Position numbers and translations under genes: made by a program. 64,000 bases of DNA from Azolla caroliniana (lineage: Eukaryota > Plantae > Polypodiophyta), in assembly GCA_043228905.1 (NCBI GenBank), contig JBHGNT010000001.1:9176001-9240000 (forward strand). The letters are read 5' to 3'. Under the pieces are notes generated by a model. That model had not been told where the DNA came from, did not search any database, and was given only the letters and a program-made list of their open reading frames with translations. The number at the start of each line of letters is the position of its first letter. Within the stretch, counting starts at the first letter, position 1. Positions 1-12,687 of the stretch are shown piece by piece.

Positions 1-1996
1 CAACCGACTCCCATAGCTCTGTCGACTCTGAGTCATATGTATCAGTCGGTTGCTCCGAGTCGACTATCTTGGATTCGGCTGTTCCGACTGGTTGTCTTCT
101 GACAAACGACCGTGTCATGTTGACTAATCTTGTGTTCAGAGTCGGCTGAGACGACAACCCCGATTGCTGTTGTTCCAGTCTTCGATTGCCTTGTCTTCCA
201 TAAACACTATGTCTCGATTCCTCACAATCTTCTTATCAAGAAGGTCCCACAACATGTAGCCAAATTCATCCTCCAAGTACCCAAGGAATATGCATGGTTT
301 CGACTTGCTGTTGAGCCTCAACCTTTGATCCTTAGCTACATGCATATATACCAGGCATTCGAACACCTTGAGGTGTTGATAGGAGACATCTTTACTTGTC
401 CACACCCTTTGTAGAACATCCCCTTTCGAAGGCACTACGGGAGACCTGTTGATCAGATAAACAATCGTGTACATTGCCTCAACCCAATACGATTTCGGCA
501 GCTTTGCATGCAACGTGATGCTTCTCACTCTTTCCATGATAGTTCGATTCATCCTCTCTGTAAGCCCATTCAACTCAGGGGTATTTGACTCAAATACCTT
601 GGGCCTTGCAGTATTCTTCGACTCAAATACCTTGGGCCTTGCAGTATTCTTCGAATTGTCCTTTGTACTCGCCACCGTTGTCGGTCTGGACAGCCTTCAA
701 CTTTCGACCAAACTCCCTCTCTGGCCTGCAAATCTTTGAAGACTGACAACACCTGATCTTTCGACTTTACCACGAAAGCCCACAACTTTCTATTGTAGTC
801 GTCGATGAATGTCACAAAGTATTGTCCACCACGATGCGATGGCCAAACCTCTTGTGCCATATCTCTCTACTCGAGTCGGCAGCCACATTCACTTCATTCT
901 TGCATAGGTTGGCTTGCATCATATACAATGTGCCTTGCGTCTATGCTTGGGCCACTATTAGATTTCCTCGATAGAACTTCCACTTGTCGTTTCGAAAACT
1001 ACCACTATAGCCTTCATCGTCAAATCTTCCAGTTGATATCAGATTCAGCCTGATATCAAGGACATGTCGAACATCCCTTAGGGTCAACTGACAACCAGTC
1101 GACGTTGTCAGGCACACACTTCCAATGCCGGCTATCTTGCATTCTCCATTATCTCCCATCTTTACATAGCCATAGTCACCGGCTGTGTAAGATGAGAAGC
1201 ACTCTCTTGAGGGAGTTATATGGAATGATGCACCGGAGTCAATCACTCAGGTGCACTCTTTATTTGCAAGATTTGCACTTGCCTGTTCACAAATGAATAG
1301 AAGATCATCGCTCATAGCGACGGCTGAAGTGCCCTTCTCGTTAGAAACCTTTTTGGGTTCGACATCATTTGAGACATCTTTGTCCATCTTAAGGTGTTGA
1401 CAGTCCTTCTGGAAGTGTCTAGGTTTTCCACAATAAAAGCATGTTAGCTTACTCCTGGACTTGGATGTGGCATGGGACTTGTCTCTTCTTTGTGGACTTC
1501 TTTCTTTGTTTCTTCCTCTGCTCGAATGTTGTGTCACATTTGCCTCCGACTAGGACAGGACATGCTTGTGCTTCCTTCTCATCCCTTTGTTCAAGATGCT
1601 TGTCTTTACCACTTGTAAAGACAAGTTTTCTTCTTGACAAGAGGTGTTGAGAGTCACCACCAGGTTCTCCCAGCTGTCCGGCAAGCTACACAACAACAAG
1701 AGGGCCTCCATAACATCATCAAGGGAAAACTTGGCTGCAACAAGTTGATTTACAAGCCCCATGAAGGCGTTTATATGTACCACTATGTTGTCTCCGTCTC
1801 TATACTTCAACCTTACTATCTTTCTCATCAAAGATGTCTTGTTGAGAGCGTTCATCCTTTCGTACAGTCCTGACAACTTCTGCCACATCTCGTAGGTATT
1901 AGTGTCGTTAGCCACATGCTGAAGGACACTCACATCTACGCACTTTTTGATGGTGGCCACCGCCTTCTTGTTTAGGAGTTTCCATTGAGATTCGAA
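1..1996 (-). pseudogene. Degenerate Ty1/copia (Tork/Tnt1-like) gag-protease-integrase, inverted relative to its own RT
   Basis: Minus-strand fragments: QWKLLNKKAVATI (gag, collinear with the intact element at 12.7 kb), CFYCGKPRHFQKDC zinc knuckle, IDSGASFH protease, YFVTFIDD and TPELNGLTERMNR integrase. Several stops and frameshifts, plus a 33-bp tandem duplication near 587-652. Confidence 0.9.
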
Positions 1997-3399
1997 GTTG
2001 ACAACACACCCAGATATAAAGCCCGCATTGTGGTGAAGGGATTTCAATAGAAAAAGGGTGTCAACTTTGACGAGATATTCGCACCAGTCGTGAAGATGAC
2101 ATCCATCTGAACTATTCTGAGCATAATTGCCAGTATGGATTTGGAGATTGAACAGTTAGATGTCAAGACAACATTCCTGCATGGAGAATTAGATGAAGAA
2201 ATCTATATGCAGCAGCCCAAAGGCTTCGTGGAGAAAGGAAAAGAGAATCTAGTGTGTCAATTGAGCAAAAGCTTGTATGGCCTGAAACAAGCTCCACACC
2301 AATGGTACAAGGAGTTTGAATCCTTCATGCTGGAACACAGGTTCCACAAAACACAAGGTGATAACTGTGTGTTTGTCAAAAGGTATGATGAAGATGATTT
2401 CTTGATTCTTTTGTTATATGTGGATGACATGTTGGTAGTCGAACAGGATACCAAGAAGATTGGGAGCTTGAATAAAGCGCTAGGCAAGTCGTTTGCCATG
2501 AAAGATCTTGGACCGGCCCAACAGATCTTGGGGATGCACATAGTTCGGGATAGAACTAAGAACATGTTATGGTTGTCACAAGAGAAATATGTGACAAAGA
2601 TCTTGGAGAGGTTCAATATATCAGAAGCAAAGCCAGTCGCTTCTGCATTGCCGACAAATTGCAAGCTAAATGCCAAGCAATGCCCAAGGGGGAGAAGGAA
2701 AAGGCTGAGATGAGGAAAGTACCACATGCCTCGACCGTCGACAGTTTAATGTATGCTATGGTCTGTACGAGGCTAGACATAGCATTTGTTGTGGGAGCAG
2801 TAGGCCGATGCATGACTAATCCAGGAAGAGAACACTGGGCAACAGTCAAGTGGATATTCAGGTACTTGAAAGGCACCTCGGGGTTGTGCCTTAGGCATGG
2901 CGTCGGAAAACCTATGCTCGAAGGGTTTACCGACTCAGACATGTCGGGGAACGTAGATTCATGCCAATCCACCTTAGGTTATGTGACCTTGGCAGGGGGA
3001 ACAATGTCGTGGTAGTTAAGATTGCAGAAGTCCGTGGCCTTGTCAACCGTAGAGGCAGAGTATATGGCCGCGTTAGAAGCCAACAAGGAGCTGATATGGA
3101 TGAGAAATTTTCTCAGTGAGTTGGGAATGACGCAAAGAGAATTCTTACTTCATTGTGATAGTCAGAGTGCTATACATCTAGCCAAGAACTTTGCTTACCA
3201 CTCTTGGACCAAACACATGCAAAAAAGGTATCATTGGTTGCGAGAGAAAGTGGACGAAGGAGAGTTTACCCTCGTGAAGATCCATACTGATGATAATGGA
3301 TCCGACATGCTCACGAAGAACCTACCTATGGACAGACTTAGAGTCTGTCGATAGAAGGCTAGAATGACCGACTCCACCCATAGGAATGAAGGGGGAGTT
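1991..3399 (+). pseudogene. Degenerate Ty1/copia reverse transcriptase-RNase H with polypurine tract
   Basis: PRYKARIVVKGFQ*KKGVNFDEIFAPVVKMT from about 2010, then QLDVKTTFLHG, SLYGLKQAP, LLYVDDML, EAEYMA, TKHM and DMLTK. Stops and frameshifts present. PPT GAAGGGGGAG at 3388-3397. Confidence 0.93.
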
Positions 3400-4008
3400 T
3401 GTTAGGAATATGTCCCTCCTCTGGAAGTAGTCAACAGTCGAAGACGAGGAAGGAGTCGGCAGTCGGATCGACAAGCCAACACAAGATGGTTGATCAGATC
3501 AACCAACGAGTTGATTGGGAGAGTCGACAATATTGGATATAGATGGTCCAAGTCAAAGATGAGGCCGACCAATCGGGCCAACTAGTCAGCTGTTTCACTG
3601 GGATTATTGATAATAATAATAACAGCTACATTTGTAAATAGCCTAGACTATGTATAAGTATAAATACACCTAGGGCAAACATAATGATGTGTATGCACAG
3701 AATATAACTAAGAGTTTTCTGTACGTAGTAAGTGAGTAGGAAGGAGAGAGCGTGTAAGAGAACGGCACCATAGCTGTGTTACAGTAGACGCCAAGAGCCC
3801 TGTGTGGCTGATACACTCTGTACAGAGAGGGCTATAATCTGTTCTCCCTTGTATACCTTTGATATAGTGATTGTCTGTTGGGCGTGGTTTTTCCCCTTTT
3901 TAGGGTTTTCCATGTAAAATATTGTGTACTGCGGTTTTTTCCCTGTTTTTCTGTTTCGCATTGTGTGTGTTTTCGGTCGTTCTTTCTCACAGATCTACGA
4001 TCCAAACA
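3400..4008 (+). mobile_element. 3' LTR of the degenerate copia element
   Basis: Starts TGTTAGGA just after the PPT and ends TCCAAACA (imperfect terminal inverted repeat). Shares TTTGTAAATAGCC...TATAAATA...TAGGGCAAAC and GGGTTTTCCA(T/C)GTAAA motifs with the LTRs at 12041 and 20089. Confidence 0.8.
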
Positions 4009-7000
4009 TTGCAATATGGTTGGCTTCTCTCTATATAAAGATGTTATTTTTGCTATCCTAGATGTATGCAGTTAGCTGTGAGCACATCCCCTAGTCCAAA
4101 TTAAAGATCTTCTCGGATCGCTAAGGCATTAGCCACGAATTAATGTTTGGTATTAAGTTAGAGAAATCAAAGAAAATAATGGATTAAGGGTTCTTATCCA
4201 ACCCAACCACTCCTAAACAGGAGACGAGAGAAATACAAAACCCCATCAGCATCCCATGTCACTGAACCACCCATCCAAGTGGCATGTTTGGTACAAGAAA
4301 AAGGGGACGAGAGAGAAAAACCAAAGAGAGGGGACACGTGGTGTGAAAAGTGCCTAAGGGCTGCGTAAAGGCTATTAAACTCCAAATTTACCTTTTTTAC
4401 ACTTGTTATTGATCTCGTTTTAACAGTAACAGATAGTGTTGTATTCCACCTATTTCACTTTCTTAAGCTGAATCCTTCACTATCAAGTGTCCAAGTCTTA
4501 AGCATTCTATCTGAAGAACTTTGTGTAGTACGAAGTGGTAATCAAAAGATGTATGGTTTGTCTTGAATTTATTTTCTAGTCATTTGAGTTTTCTTTAAAT
4601 GTGTAGATTAGCTTCTTTAAATAAGTCATATCTTTTGATCCGTACTGCTCGTAGGAATGATTAAGTGAAGCTCGGCTAAGTGGTTAGCTATACATCGGGG
4701 GGAGTCTATGAGAGAGTGAATCTGAAATATGAGAGCTTCTATTTACCAACAGAGACTTTATGAGGGGGTAGCTAGTCAATTAAATCCATTAAAAGCAGCC
4801 TTAAGGCTATACTTAAGGCCATGCTATTTCTTGTGTCTTAGGTGCATGTACTTGCCATGAGGTCACTCCCTAGGCTTAATTAAAGATCCCCATAGATTGC
4901 TAAGGTACTAGCTATTATGATCACGAATTAGTGATTAGCAATAAGTTGGGTTGGGTTGTTTGGCAGCGATTGGCTAGCTGTCATGTCCTAAATCCTAAGA
5001 TAATTGGTTTCCCATTTATTCTACCCCTAAATAATTAAAATTAGCCTTCAAAATTTGTCATCATTAACACTATGCTTGTAACATATTCCCTGTTTACAAT
5101 ATACTGCACACATGCACACATGCAGTTAATGGACAAAAATAATGGGGGTAAACTGTACAATGGCAAACATAGTGTTCTTTCAATTCCACTCTCTGATGAC
5201 ACACAATTGGCAGATTTTTTCTTCCAATGGTGTGCGTACATATTTGCCTTAATCTCTAATTGGTGCAAAGAAGTCTGGAGCTGTTGTATCAGTGTAGAGC
5301 GCATGTGATAGATGTATATCCATATAAAGAGGACCTGATGATGATTTCATCCCTGGGTCTTTGTAGTAGGGATTGATCCTTCTCAAATGCCTTTATGTCA
5401 GTGAGTCTTGCAGCACCTAGAGGGTTTTCCTTGTGATGAAGATCCACACTACTATAGTAGGGATGTTAAGGTTGTTTTGTTTTTTCATGTTTTAATTTGC
5501 AAGGAAAAGAAGAGAAGAATATGCCTGGATGGTTGTAGCTCAGTTGGTAAAGAAGGTTGTGTGTTCAACCTTTACATCTTGTTGTGGCATGTATTAAATT
5601 AGTGCATACAGCTAGATTTGAATCCTGGTGCATGTGTTAGTAAAAAAGAACTTGGCTTACCACAAGGTTGTGTAGCAAACTAATACAAAAAGAGAAGTAA
5701 GATAATATAAACCCCTGTTTTAGTATAATAATAAAAATAGAGTGAGAAACGGGTAGAGTGGGAAGGTTGATGATACTGCACTTCTGTGTGTGATTACAGG
5801 TTGGCTATGCAGAGAAAATTGCAAATGTGTGGCACAACATGGCGGAAGAATGTAAACCTTCACTTCCACAAAGTCCTGTCTTAGTCTCTCCAAGGCCTTG
5901 ATAGGATTATGTTGTTCTGTACTAGAGGTTTGAGCAGAACATGAACGGGAGGCAATATTTGTGGCCACTCCACGCATGGGAGCTGCTTATGTATGTAGTA
6001 TGGTCTTGTTTGTAAGAAGAGGCTTTGTATTTGGTACATCGGTAACATTATATGTAGGCATGTGCTGGAAGGCTTACTGTTTAATGTTAGGCTTTGGTTT
6101 GTTCGTCATTTTTGTATGATTTCTGTTCGTTGTAGTTTAACTTCTACAATTTGTAGCAATTTAGGCATTGACTATAAGTTTGTCAAGTACGTAAATGGCA
6201 ATCAATCAAAAGTGTGTGCCATTATTGTTCTTCCACAACTTTTTAAAAGAACTCGTTACTCTGCCAAGTGTTTTGAAGCGTTGTAATTTTTATCAGTGTT
6301 TGTGCTATCATGCATTAATTTATTTATATTGGACTAATAATCTTAGTTATGGACCATAAAACTCGCTAGGATATGCTGTGTTATTGAACCAGACAGCTGA
6401 CCAGGATGTAGTGCCGGGAATTACAGGAGAGCAGAATTCGGGGGAGGTTTCAATATGAATTTAAGCTTTTCAAAATGAATGTTACCATGAATGTGAAACC
6501 TCTCGAAGAACAACTTTAATTTGAAACAATTCATGCCATGGATAAGAAAGTATCGATGCAAAATATAAGACACCCTCAGTATTATGATTTGGGAGTTGTT
6601 TGGATGTGTCTATTGCACGCAAAGCAAATGTCAAGCTTAAGCCTCAACCTAAAAGGGGGTTATGATCACATTATATGTAAAGTTCTAGATTTCTTGTGTG
6701 TGTTGCCTTCAATTGCCGATTCTTTATGGATCAAGGCTAAGGTATATTCTTTCTCTTGTTTTAATGTCCCTATGGCTTAAAGCAACGATCTAATAGATTC
6801 CTATAAAGAGTTTTGTCTCTAATATTTCTTTTTGCTTCCATAGTTGGAAGGTCTTGTTTTGACAAGAATGTGACGTTATTCTGAACTGTATTTAAAGTCA
6901 AAACTTTCTGTCCTCTTGAAGCAATTCACAAAAGCTACAAGTTGCGTTAGAATGCCCTCAAACACCCTTACAAATAGTATAACAACAGAATCTACAGAAG

Positions 7001-7098
7001 TTACATGACAAGTTGGAATGCTCTAAAGCATCCTAAGAGTATCTTTGATGGAATCTTATCATTGAGGATGACATCGACAAGAATACTTGATCAAATGT

Positions 7099-7395
7099 TG
7101 ATGATGGCGTGGAAGAGAGTGACATGACACTGAAGAGAGTCTTGGATTGAACAGGGATGATGGCATCGAAGAGATTTGTGGATTGAACAGCCACGGTCAC
7201 ATCAAGAGAGTCTTGGATCTGATGGCATCGAAGAGATTTGTGGATTGAAAGCTGCGGTCACATCAAGAGAGTCTTGGATCGAACAGGGATGATGGCATCG
7301 AAGAGATTTGTGGATTGAAGAGCACATCAAAGAGATTTTGTAGATTGAACAGCCACGATCACAGCAAGAGAGCCTCGGATGGAATCACATCAAAA
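7099..7395. repeat. Degenerate tandem repeat of alternating ~35/36-bp units
   Basis: Recurring GATGGCATCGAAGAGATTTGTGGATTGAA and CACATCAAGAGAGTCTTGGAT blocks. Confidence 0.8.
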
Positions 7396-7739
7396 GCGAT
7401 GGATCCATAATCAAGAGCTCGACGAGGTGTGATATTTGTTGGGATGGGGGAAGTGAAGACGGGGGAGGTACGATGAAGACGAAGAGAAGAGCGACAAAAA
7501 TGGAGGAAAAGGTAGATCATGATGAATTAGACTGGTGTAGAAGGTGGAGATGACATGGAAGAAGAGGAATAATGCTAGAGTGAGCTTGATGAGAATGTCC
7601 ATAGATTCTGAAGCATTATCAGGATGAATGGCCTCCACATATATGCCAGGACCCTCTCGCCACCCACTTAATAAGGCATTCATATTGAGAAAGAAGAAGA
7701 AGAAGAAGATGATGATGCTGAAGAAGAAGGTGATGGTGA

Positions 7740-7853
7740 TGAATGAATGACAGAATGGATGAATGAATGAATGAATGAATGAATGAATGAGTGAGTGAGT
7801 GAATGAATGATTGAATGAATGAATGAATGAATTGAGTGAATGAATGAATGAAT
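7740..7853. repeat. (GAAT)n microsatellite
   Basis: Imperfect GAAT/GAGT array. Confidence 0.9.
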
Positions 7854-8592
7854 GTGTGGGTGTTATGGGTTTTTATAGTGTAGAATTACTCCTTCATACA
7901 TGGACCAAGTCAATCCCCCCCCATCGATTTGGGCTTTTGACGCTTCCCGCTCCTCTCTGTTGACATTTCCCTGCGCTGTCCTATAAGCTCTTGGCATTGC
8001 TTCAATTTGCTTCGCCATTGCTTTCTATTATTGCATTACGTGTCCTGCCCCAAGAAAAGGATATTCTCTGAAAATTCTTACCCCTACCTACAGTATTGTG
8101 TGTGAGAGATTAGAGACAGAGACGTCTTTACCTTTTCCCAAACATTGTAGCTCACTATCATTAGCCATATCATCATGAGACTATTAAAACTTGCATGCAT
8201 GCACTAGAGAATGACACTTTATCTTCTCCCATCGTCCAACATGTAATCCCCGATGCGATGCAATGCTCGTGTCTATTATGTGTAACTTGCATAGGAAAAA
8301 CCCATGCAAATCTATGAGGTTGTAGACCATATATTGACCTCTTAAATTCCAATACACAAATGTGTCATTATGTATACCACTTTCCATGAATCGTACACTT
8401 GAGCTATCCATGTCCCTAACATCTAGATTTCTTTGTGTTTTCAAGTAATGCGCAACATTTCAAGCTTCTTGTAGTGAGATGGGGTGCCCGATGTATCTAG
8501 CTAGGTTTGATGGAAGTTGCAAGTAATAATTAACTTGAGATGATGCCTCCATGAAAACCATATACAATTCATTTTAGACATTTTCTCCACGT

Positions 8593-9609
8593 TGTCGAGA
8601 AGATTGTGGTTGTGTGTCGCAACCGCCGGGGTTCTGTGACTCGGGGATGATCGGGGTGAAAACGCGTAATCGCAGATGGTGCGATGACAAGAAGCCAAGA
8701 AGGCAAGATAAATGCGACGTTGTCGCGAAAAGAATTTTATTTGTAAAACAATCACTTACAATATTTATTTGCCAAAATTTACTTGGCAAGACTTGAACTC
8801 GCAAAAACTCTATTTGAGAAGAAGCATTTGAGATAGACCACTCCAATCTCTTTGGTTCCTATTTGTTTGTTGTTCTCTTTCACTTTATATATACTAAATT
8901 TATATTACAAAATTTGATTACCAAAAGAAGATTTTCTAAGAGGATTCAAACTCACGACCTTTTGTTTACCAAAAGAAGATTTTCTAAGAGGATTCAAACT
9001 CACGACCTTTTGTTTACAAAGAGATGCTTGAGAAATACCACTTCAACTTCTTCCTTTTCTTCTATTTTCTTTTCTTTAAATCTTCTCTTGATTTCTACAG
9101 GCCACCCACCATCTTCTTTGGCGAGCTCTGCCTCTTACACCCACGCGAGTTTCTTCATTCGCTTTTCCTTTCTCTTCTTCTCCTCCTTTCCCCCTTCTCT
9201 TTAGCCACCATAGGCGTGGCTTATATAGGGTGGTCAACCGCCCTACCACCCTCTTGAGGCGGTTGACAAACCGCCTCATGTAAGCAGTTGTATTATTTAT
9301 TTATTTATTTATTTTTTCTTTCTTTCTTTATTATTTATTTATTTATTGATGCTACAATTCAATTTTATAGTTCTATATTTGAGAAATTATAGAAATAGCC
9401 CTCATTTAATTTTGACTCCCCCTTTTGACATAATTACATTTTTGTCCCAAGTAACATTAATCCTTCTGAAGCTTGTATCTTGGGCTTCTGAACTCCAATT
9501 CACGAACCGAAAATTCCTTCATGCTCCTTGTCATAAGCTCCAAATGTGAAATGTACTTATATAGATTTTTGACATTGTTTTCACATCGTGAAGTGTCAAC
9601 TTCACAACA
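8593..9609 (-). mobile_element. 3' LTR of gypsy A (1017 bp)
   Basis: TG...CA ends and adjacent to the PPT. The last ~190 bp match 32076-32269 (11 mismatches in 189 aligned bases by hand). Minus-strand TATATAA at 9221-9227. Confidence 0.85.
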
Positions 9610-9645
9610 CCCACCCCCTCTGAACTTGCACACCTATGGGCGAGT

Positions 9646-12035
9646 TCACACTACTTCATTTTGATCCTCTTCGAAAAAATCTTCATCCTCATTTTCTATG
9701 AAACTAGGTTCGGTGTCTTCTCTTCTTTTAAAAATCTTTATTCTTTTTCCCGCAATCGGCATCTGGATCTTAGTCCCATCCAACTCATTCAGGTAGTAGG
9801 TAGCCTTATCAGTCACCTTCCGTACTTCGTAAGGCCCAAACCATCGTTTTGCGAACTTCCTCATTGTACTGTACTGGTTCTCGGGGCTACTATCTAGTAC
9901 CAACACCTAGTCTCCTGCTTGAATCTTTCGTGGTCTTAATATGTTTACTTTGTCAAATCTTGCTTTGTTCTTTATCCGAGCTTCCTTCAATTTCTCAGCA
10001 GCCTTTTCTACATCTTCTGCTTGACATTGTAGTTGTCAGATACGAACTGCTAGCAAGTCTTCTCTACTCGTCTCTGACTCCCATGGTAGCATTGCCCATG
10101 TAGCAATATGCTCTTCAATCGGCATCATCGGCCTTTGTCCTGTCATGAGCTCTATCGGCATATATCCTGTCACCGAACTGTGTGTGGTCCTATCCGCCCA
10201 CAATGCATATGGCAAGACCTTCGGCTAATTACCTACTTGGCCTTTACATGCTTTTGCAAGTGCTTTAACTATCGGGCTATGAGCTCTTTCTATCTTTCCA
10301 TTTGCCTCAGGATTATATGCTATTGTCAATGATAACCGAATTCCAATTCTATCAAAGAACTCTCTTGCTTCATCAGAATTGAGCTCACCTCTATCAGCCA
10401 CTATCTTCCCTATACACCCATACCTACATATTATATCCTCTAATATGAATTGACATACTGCTGATATGGTCTTCAATCTTAGTGCTCTTCCTTCAACTTG
10501 ATTTGTAAGGTCTTCTCTAGCGAGTACCAAGAACTTCTTTTGACTTGCCCCCATTGGCATTGCCACTATATCAACCATCCACTTGTAATGTATAGCCGGC
10601 GAATAGCTCGGGTGCAACTCATCTCTATGCTTAATGTTGGAGTAGATTTGACAGGTTGGGCATGTCTCGACATACCTCTTGATTTCGTTGTAGAATCCTG
10701 GCCACCAATATCTTTCCTTTATTTTACTAAATGTTGCCTAGACTCCACGGTGTCCAACCCACTCCCTGTCATGTAATTCCTTTAATATTTGCTCCCGCTA
10801 CACTTGGTCACAGATAACCCGTTGTGGATTTCCCATTTTATACTTTGGGTGCTTCCAAATGTAACCTTGGTGCAAGAAAAATCGGTGTGTCTTCTTTCGG
10901 AAATTTGAGAAGTTTCTCCCACTCCAAGTTCCTTCCTTCCATGGTGCGTGTAGATACTTCCCGATTTCCTTAAACTCTTCATTACACTCTTCTTCTTTAA
11001 ACTCATGTTCTTCATGTGGCTCACCCCCTCTAATTGCATTTATGACCAAAGCTGATTCTTCTTCGTCACTATCTGATTCTGCCACTTCCTCTTTTTCATA
11101 TTTTGCTCTGGATAACATATCAGCCATTGCATTCTTCTCACCAGATATATGTCGAACATCTGGGTTGATGGTTTTGATGTAGATACACCACCTAAGCATT
11201 GCTTGGTCTGGAATATTGCAATTTGCAATTATCCCTAGAATTGGCAAGCAATCTGTCTCCACAATCACCTCAGCACCAACCATATAGTCCATATATGTCT
11301 TGATAGCAATGATTATCCCCTAGAGCTCTCTCTTCACTTGCGCATACTTTTGTTGACATCCACTAAGTACCTTCGCACCAAATCGAATCGGATGTCTTTC
11401 TCCGTCCTCATCTTGTTGGCTTATTACCCACGCGATTCCAATTGGACTTGAGTCAACTGTGAGGATTATTGGTTGGGTGTAGTCAGGTTGTTTCAATGCA
11501 GGAGCTTTAGCTAGATTCTCCTTCAGTCTTTTAATTGCATTTGAGTGTTCTTCTGTCCACTCAAATGCTTCCCCTTTTCTTAATAGCCGATACAATGGAT
11601 CTGATATGTGGGCATAATGTGGAATCCACCTGCAATAGAAGACACATGCACCCAAGAACCTCCGAACTTCAGATACAGAGTTGCATTCTTCTTTCATATT
11701 CTGTATTGCGTTGATCTTTGTTGGTGTTGGCTTTCTTCCGTATGGCCCACACATATGTCCTACCACTAGTACTTCTTGAACCCCGAATATTGATTTTGGA
11801 GCCGAAAGTGTTAGGTGTACCTCCTCTAGTCTTGAAAGCACTTTATCACAATCTTCTATGTGATCCCTGACGAACTTCCGACATCCACTACTATCCAATT
11901 CTTCATTCTTCATTCTTTCCTCGCATCCTTTAATGGGTATATCATCCAAGAAAGGCATGGTTATGTGAGGAATAAAATCTCGGAGAGCTTTGTGCATACC
12001 ATTCATCATGTGAGCGACCGAGTTGGTCGCACCTT
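9646..12035 (-). pseudogene. Gypsy A pol, 3' part: RT C-half, RNase H, integrase with GPY/F motif
   Basis: QGATNSVAHM, PFLDDIPIKG, VRRFLG, LTVDSS, VETDCLP, NAMADMLSR, WMVDIV/KIVADRGE/NGKIERAH (integrase DDE) and WFGPYEV. In-frame stops and frameshifts. No chromodomain visible. Confidence 0.9.
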
Positions 12036-12040
12036 GAGGT

Positions 12041-12656
12041 TGTTGGGATTTCGGTCCCTCCGGATGGGATGTCCGGAGATGAATGACGGCAAGCCCGGAG
12101 GCTGTTACGGAGCCGGATGCTGAAGACCCCGGTTACGGACCCGGATGCTGAAGACCCCGGTTACGGAGCCGGATGACGTATGTACCCGGAGAGAGATCCG
12201 GATGCGGGGACATATCTGTGAATATGTTTGCCAAGGGCCCTTGAGGCTATATTTGTAAATAGCCCGAAAGTCATATGTGTATAAATATGACTTAGGGCAA
12301 ACAGTTTTGTTAGTTGTTGCTCATTTTTCTGTTTTCCACTAAGAGGGAGCGAAGTGAGAGCAGCCGAGAGAGAGTGAGAGAGAAAGAGGAAGGAAGAGGT
12401 CGACGCCTCTGTGTAATACCGCCGCCTGTGGCGAGGACAACGAGCTCAAGGTCGTCGCCTTGCAGCTCGCCATTGTACATTCCCGCGCATAGTGATAGTT
12501 GGAGTCTTGCACTCCCGTGGTTTTTCCCATTTAGGGTTTTCCACGTAAAACATCCAGTGTACCCTTCTCTCTATTGTTTTTCGTGCATTCTTGTACTTCC
12601 CGTTTTCTGTGAATCGATCCTGTTCCTCGGTGGTGGCCGAGCACGGAATTGCGACA
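12041..12656 (+). repeat. 5' LTR of copia C
   Basis: TGTTG...GCGACA. Contains a 28-bp tandem repeat (12104-12175) and TATAAATA at 12280. I found only 2 differences from the 3' LTR. Confidence 0.97.
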
Positions 12657-12659
12657 AAT

Positions 12660-12671
12660 TGGTATCAGAGC
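12660..12671 (+). promoter_or_regulatory. Primer-binding site (initiator tRNA-Met)
   Basis: TGGTATCAGAGC, 3 nt after the 5' LTR. Confidence 0.95.
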
Positions 12672-12687
12672 GACGGTAACACAGAAA

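Noticed and set aside
4088-4950. Weak similarity between ~4088-4160 and ~4867-4948 (AATTAAAGATC...GCTAAGG...CACGAATTA)
   Set aside because: Too degenerate to define an element; no termini or TSD found.
5720-6780. Short ORFs as a host gene
   Set aside because: No recognisable domain and no consistent exon chain.
7099-7395. Repeat-spacer-like pattern suggesting a CRISPR array (also 20156-20323 and 62548-63210)
   Set aside because: Eukaryotic context, the intervening sequences are themselves repeated, and there are no cas genes.
12649-12687. ORF-track start at 12649
   Set aside because: It is a non-ATG start overlapping the LTR end and PBS. ATG 12688 is the plausible start.
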